From Hormiphora californensis (taxonomy: Eukaryota > Animalia > Ctenophora), in the NCBI GenBank assembly GCA_020137815.1, contig CM035353.1, positions 7,874,001 to 7,938,000 of the forward strand: a stretch of 64,000 nt of DNA. Reading direction: 5' to 3'. The position numbers and the translations under genes were made by a program. Below, in pieces: positions 62,558 through 64,000 of the stretch (position 1 is its first letter; every line of letters begins with the position of its first letter). Under the pieces are notes generated by a model. It was given only the letters and a program-made list of their open reading frames with translations. It was not told where the DNA came from and searched no databases.

Positions 62558-64000
62558 CAGGGTGTGAACTGCATGTCGTGTTTGCTAGTCGCGAGCGCAC
62601 TTGCGAGACAAGCAAACACGTAAAGGTTCATTAACAAGCATGCTGCTCAGTCATTTTAGATTTAATACACAATGTAAGGATACCATGTAATAGGTGAGAC
62701 TCTTGCCGTCACCCTCATTCAAGTCCCGTGAAAAACGGAGCAGTACACGCAAACTGATGCCCATTTTCCTCGCGTGACCCCGATTCAGCAGTTTGAGACA
62801 CCAACTCTTTAGGGGGCCATATCTCAGGAACCAGACAAGATAGGAAAAATCGCCGTCTAATGAGGCGTACAGTTTTTAATCTAGTTTACCACTGTACCGG
62901 CCGTTTCACTCTCCGACCTAAAACAAAAATCGCAACCCCACAAAACTTCAAAATAATGAAATTCGCATCTCGCATGTCGTGTTGCATGTCGTGTTGCATG
63001 TCGTGTCATGTTATTGACGCGCTCGCGTTCAACTCTCACACAGCAGCTGCAGAACATGGCGGGAAACATCGAGGAGTAGAGAGAGGGTCGGTGCCGAATC
63101 AAATATTTCTTGATCTTGATCTACTCCATCTCTCAGCTATCCTACCCCTCATCAACTCGATCTCTCAGCTACCCTACCCCTCATCTACTCCATCTTTCAG
63201 CTACCCTACCCCTCATCTACTCCATCTTTCAGCTACCCTACCCCTTATCTAGTCCATCTCTCAGCTACCCTACTCCTCATCTACTCCATCTCTCAGCTTT
63301 CCTATTAGGGAAGCATAGAGATGGAAACGATTAGGGGTAGGGAATCCCTATCCATAATCGTTTCCATCTCTATGCTTCCCTAGCCCTCATCAACTCCATC
63401 TTTCAGCTACCCTACCCCTAATCTAGTCCATCTCTCCGCTACCCTACTCCTCATCTACTCCATCTTTCAGCTACCCTACCTCCCATTTACTCCATCTCTC
63501 AGCTTCCCTACCTGCCATTTACTCCATCTCTCAGATACCCTACCTCCCATTTACTCCATCTCTCAGCTTACCTACCTCCCATTTACTCCATCTCTCAGCT
63601 TCCCTACCTCCCATTTACTCCATCTCTCAGCTTCCCTACCTCCCATTTACTCCATCTCTCAGCTTCCCTACCTCCCATTTACTCCATCTCTCAGGGGTAG
63701 AAATGTTAGGATAAATGAGAGATGGAGTAAATGGGAGGTAGGGAAGCTGAGAGATGGAGTAAATGGGAGGTAGGGAAGCTGAGAGATGGAGTAAATGGGA
63801 GGTAGGGAAGGTAAGCGATGGAGTAAATGGGAGGTAGGGAAGCTGAAAGATGGAGTAAATGGGAGGTAGGGAAGCTGAGAGATGGAGTAAATGGGTGGTA
63901 GGGTAGCTGAGAGATGGAGTGAATGGGAGGTAGGGTAGCTGAGAGATGGAGTAAATAGGAGGCAGGGATGGAGTAAATGGGAGGTAGGGAAGCTGAGGGA
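62558..64000. mobile_element. Second copy of the minisatellite foldback element (runs off the window)
   Basis: CAGGGTGTGAACTGCATG start, near-identical to the reverse complement of 21100-22290; array inverts at about 63700. Confidence 0.9.

Overview
Eukaryotic, almost certainly invertebrate animal, repeat-dense DNA. Some stretches (about 6.8-21 kb and one arm of several palindromes) are indel-rich and look like unpolished long-read consensus. From left to right: (1) 1-11.5 kb, nested MITE/foldback elements and a LINE RT relic, with a large inverted duplication whose right arm carries an extra TSD-flanked insertion. (2) 12.4-18.6 kb, one replication-dependent histone quintet (H1+, H4-, H3+, H2A-, H2B+) with 3' stem-loops and a shared AAAGAAA downstream element, plus an orphan H1 3' fragment at 24.9 kb. 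(3) Foldback elements whose long TIRs contain a 32-bp minisatellite (18.7-22.3 kb and 62.6-64 kb). (4) 26-45 kb, a patchwork of short, almost all plus-strand fragments of transposon genes (DDD/E transposase, DIRS-gag-like, YqaJ, Myb/SANT, Gypsy gag) interleaved with a recurring AT-rich module. (5) 46.3-60 kb, a three-level nest: a GGG-terminated TIR element contains a Ty3/Gypsy LTR retrotransposon, whose integrase is interrupted by a 3.5-kb element with Polinton/Maverick hallmarks (AGTAGT...ACTACT ends, about 580-bp TIRs, 6-bp TSD). That element encodes only three small intronless TATA-preceded ORFs. The mini-Polinton and the strand-biased fragment patchwork are the best candidates for something undescribed. 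All family assignments come from motif recognition by eye; no searches were run.
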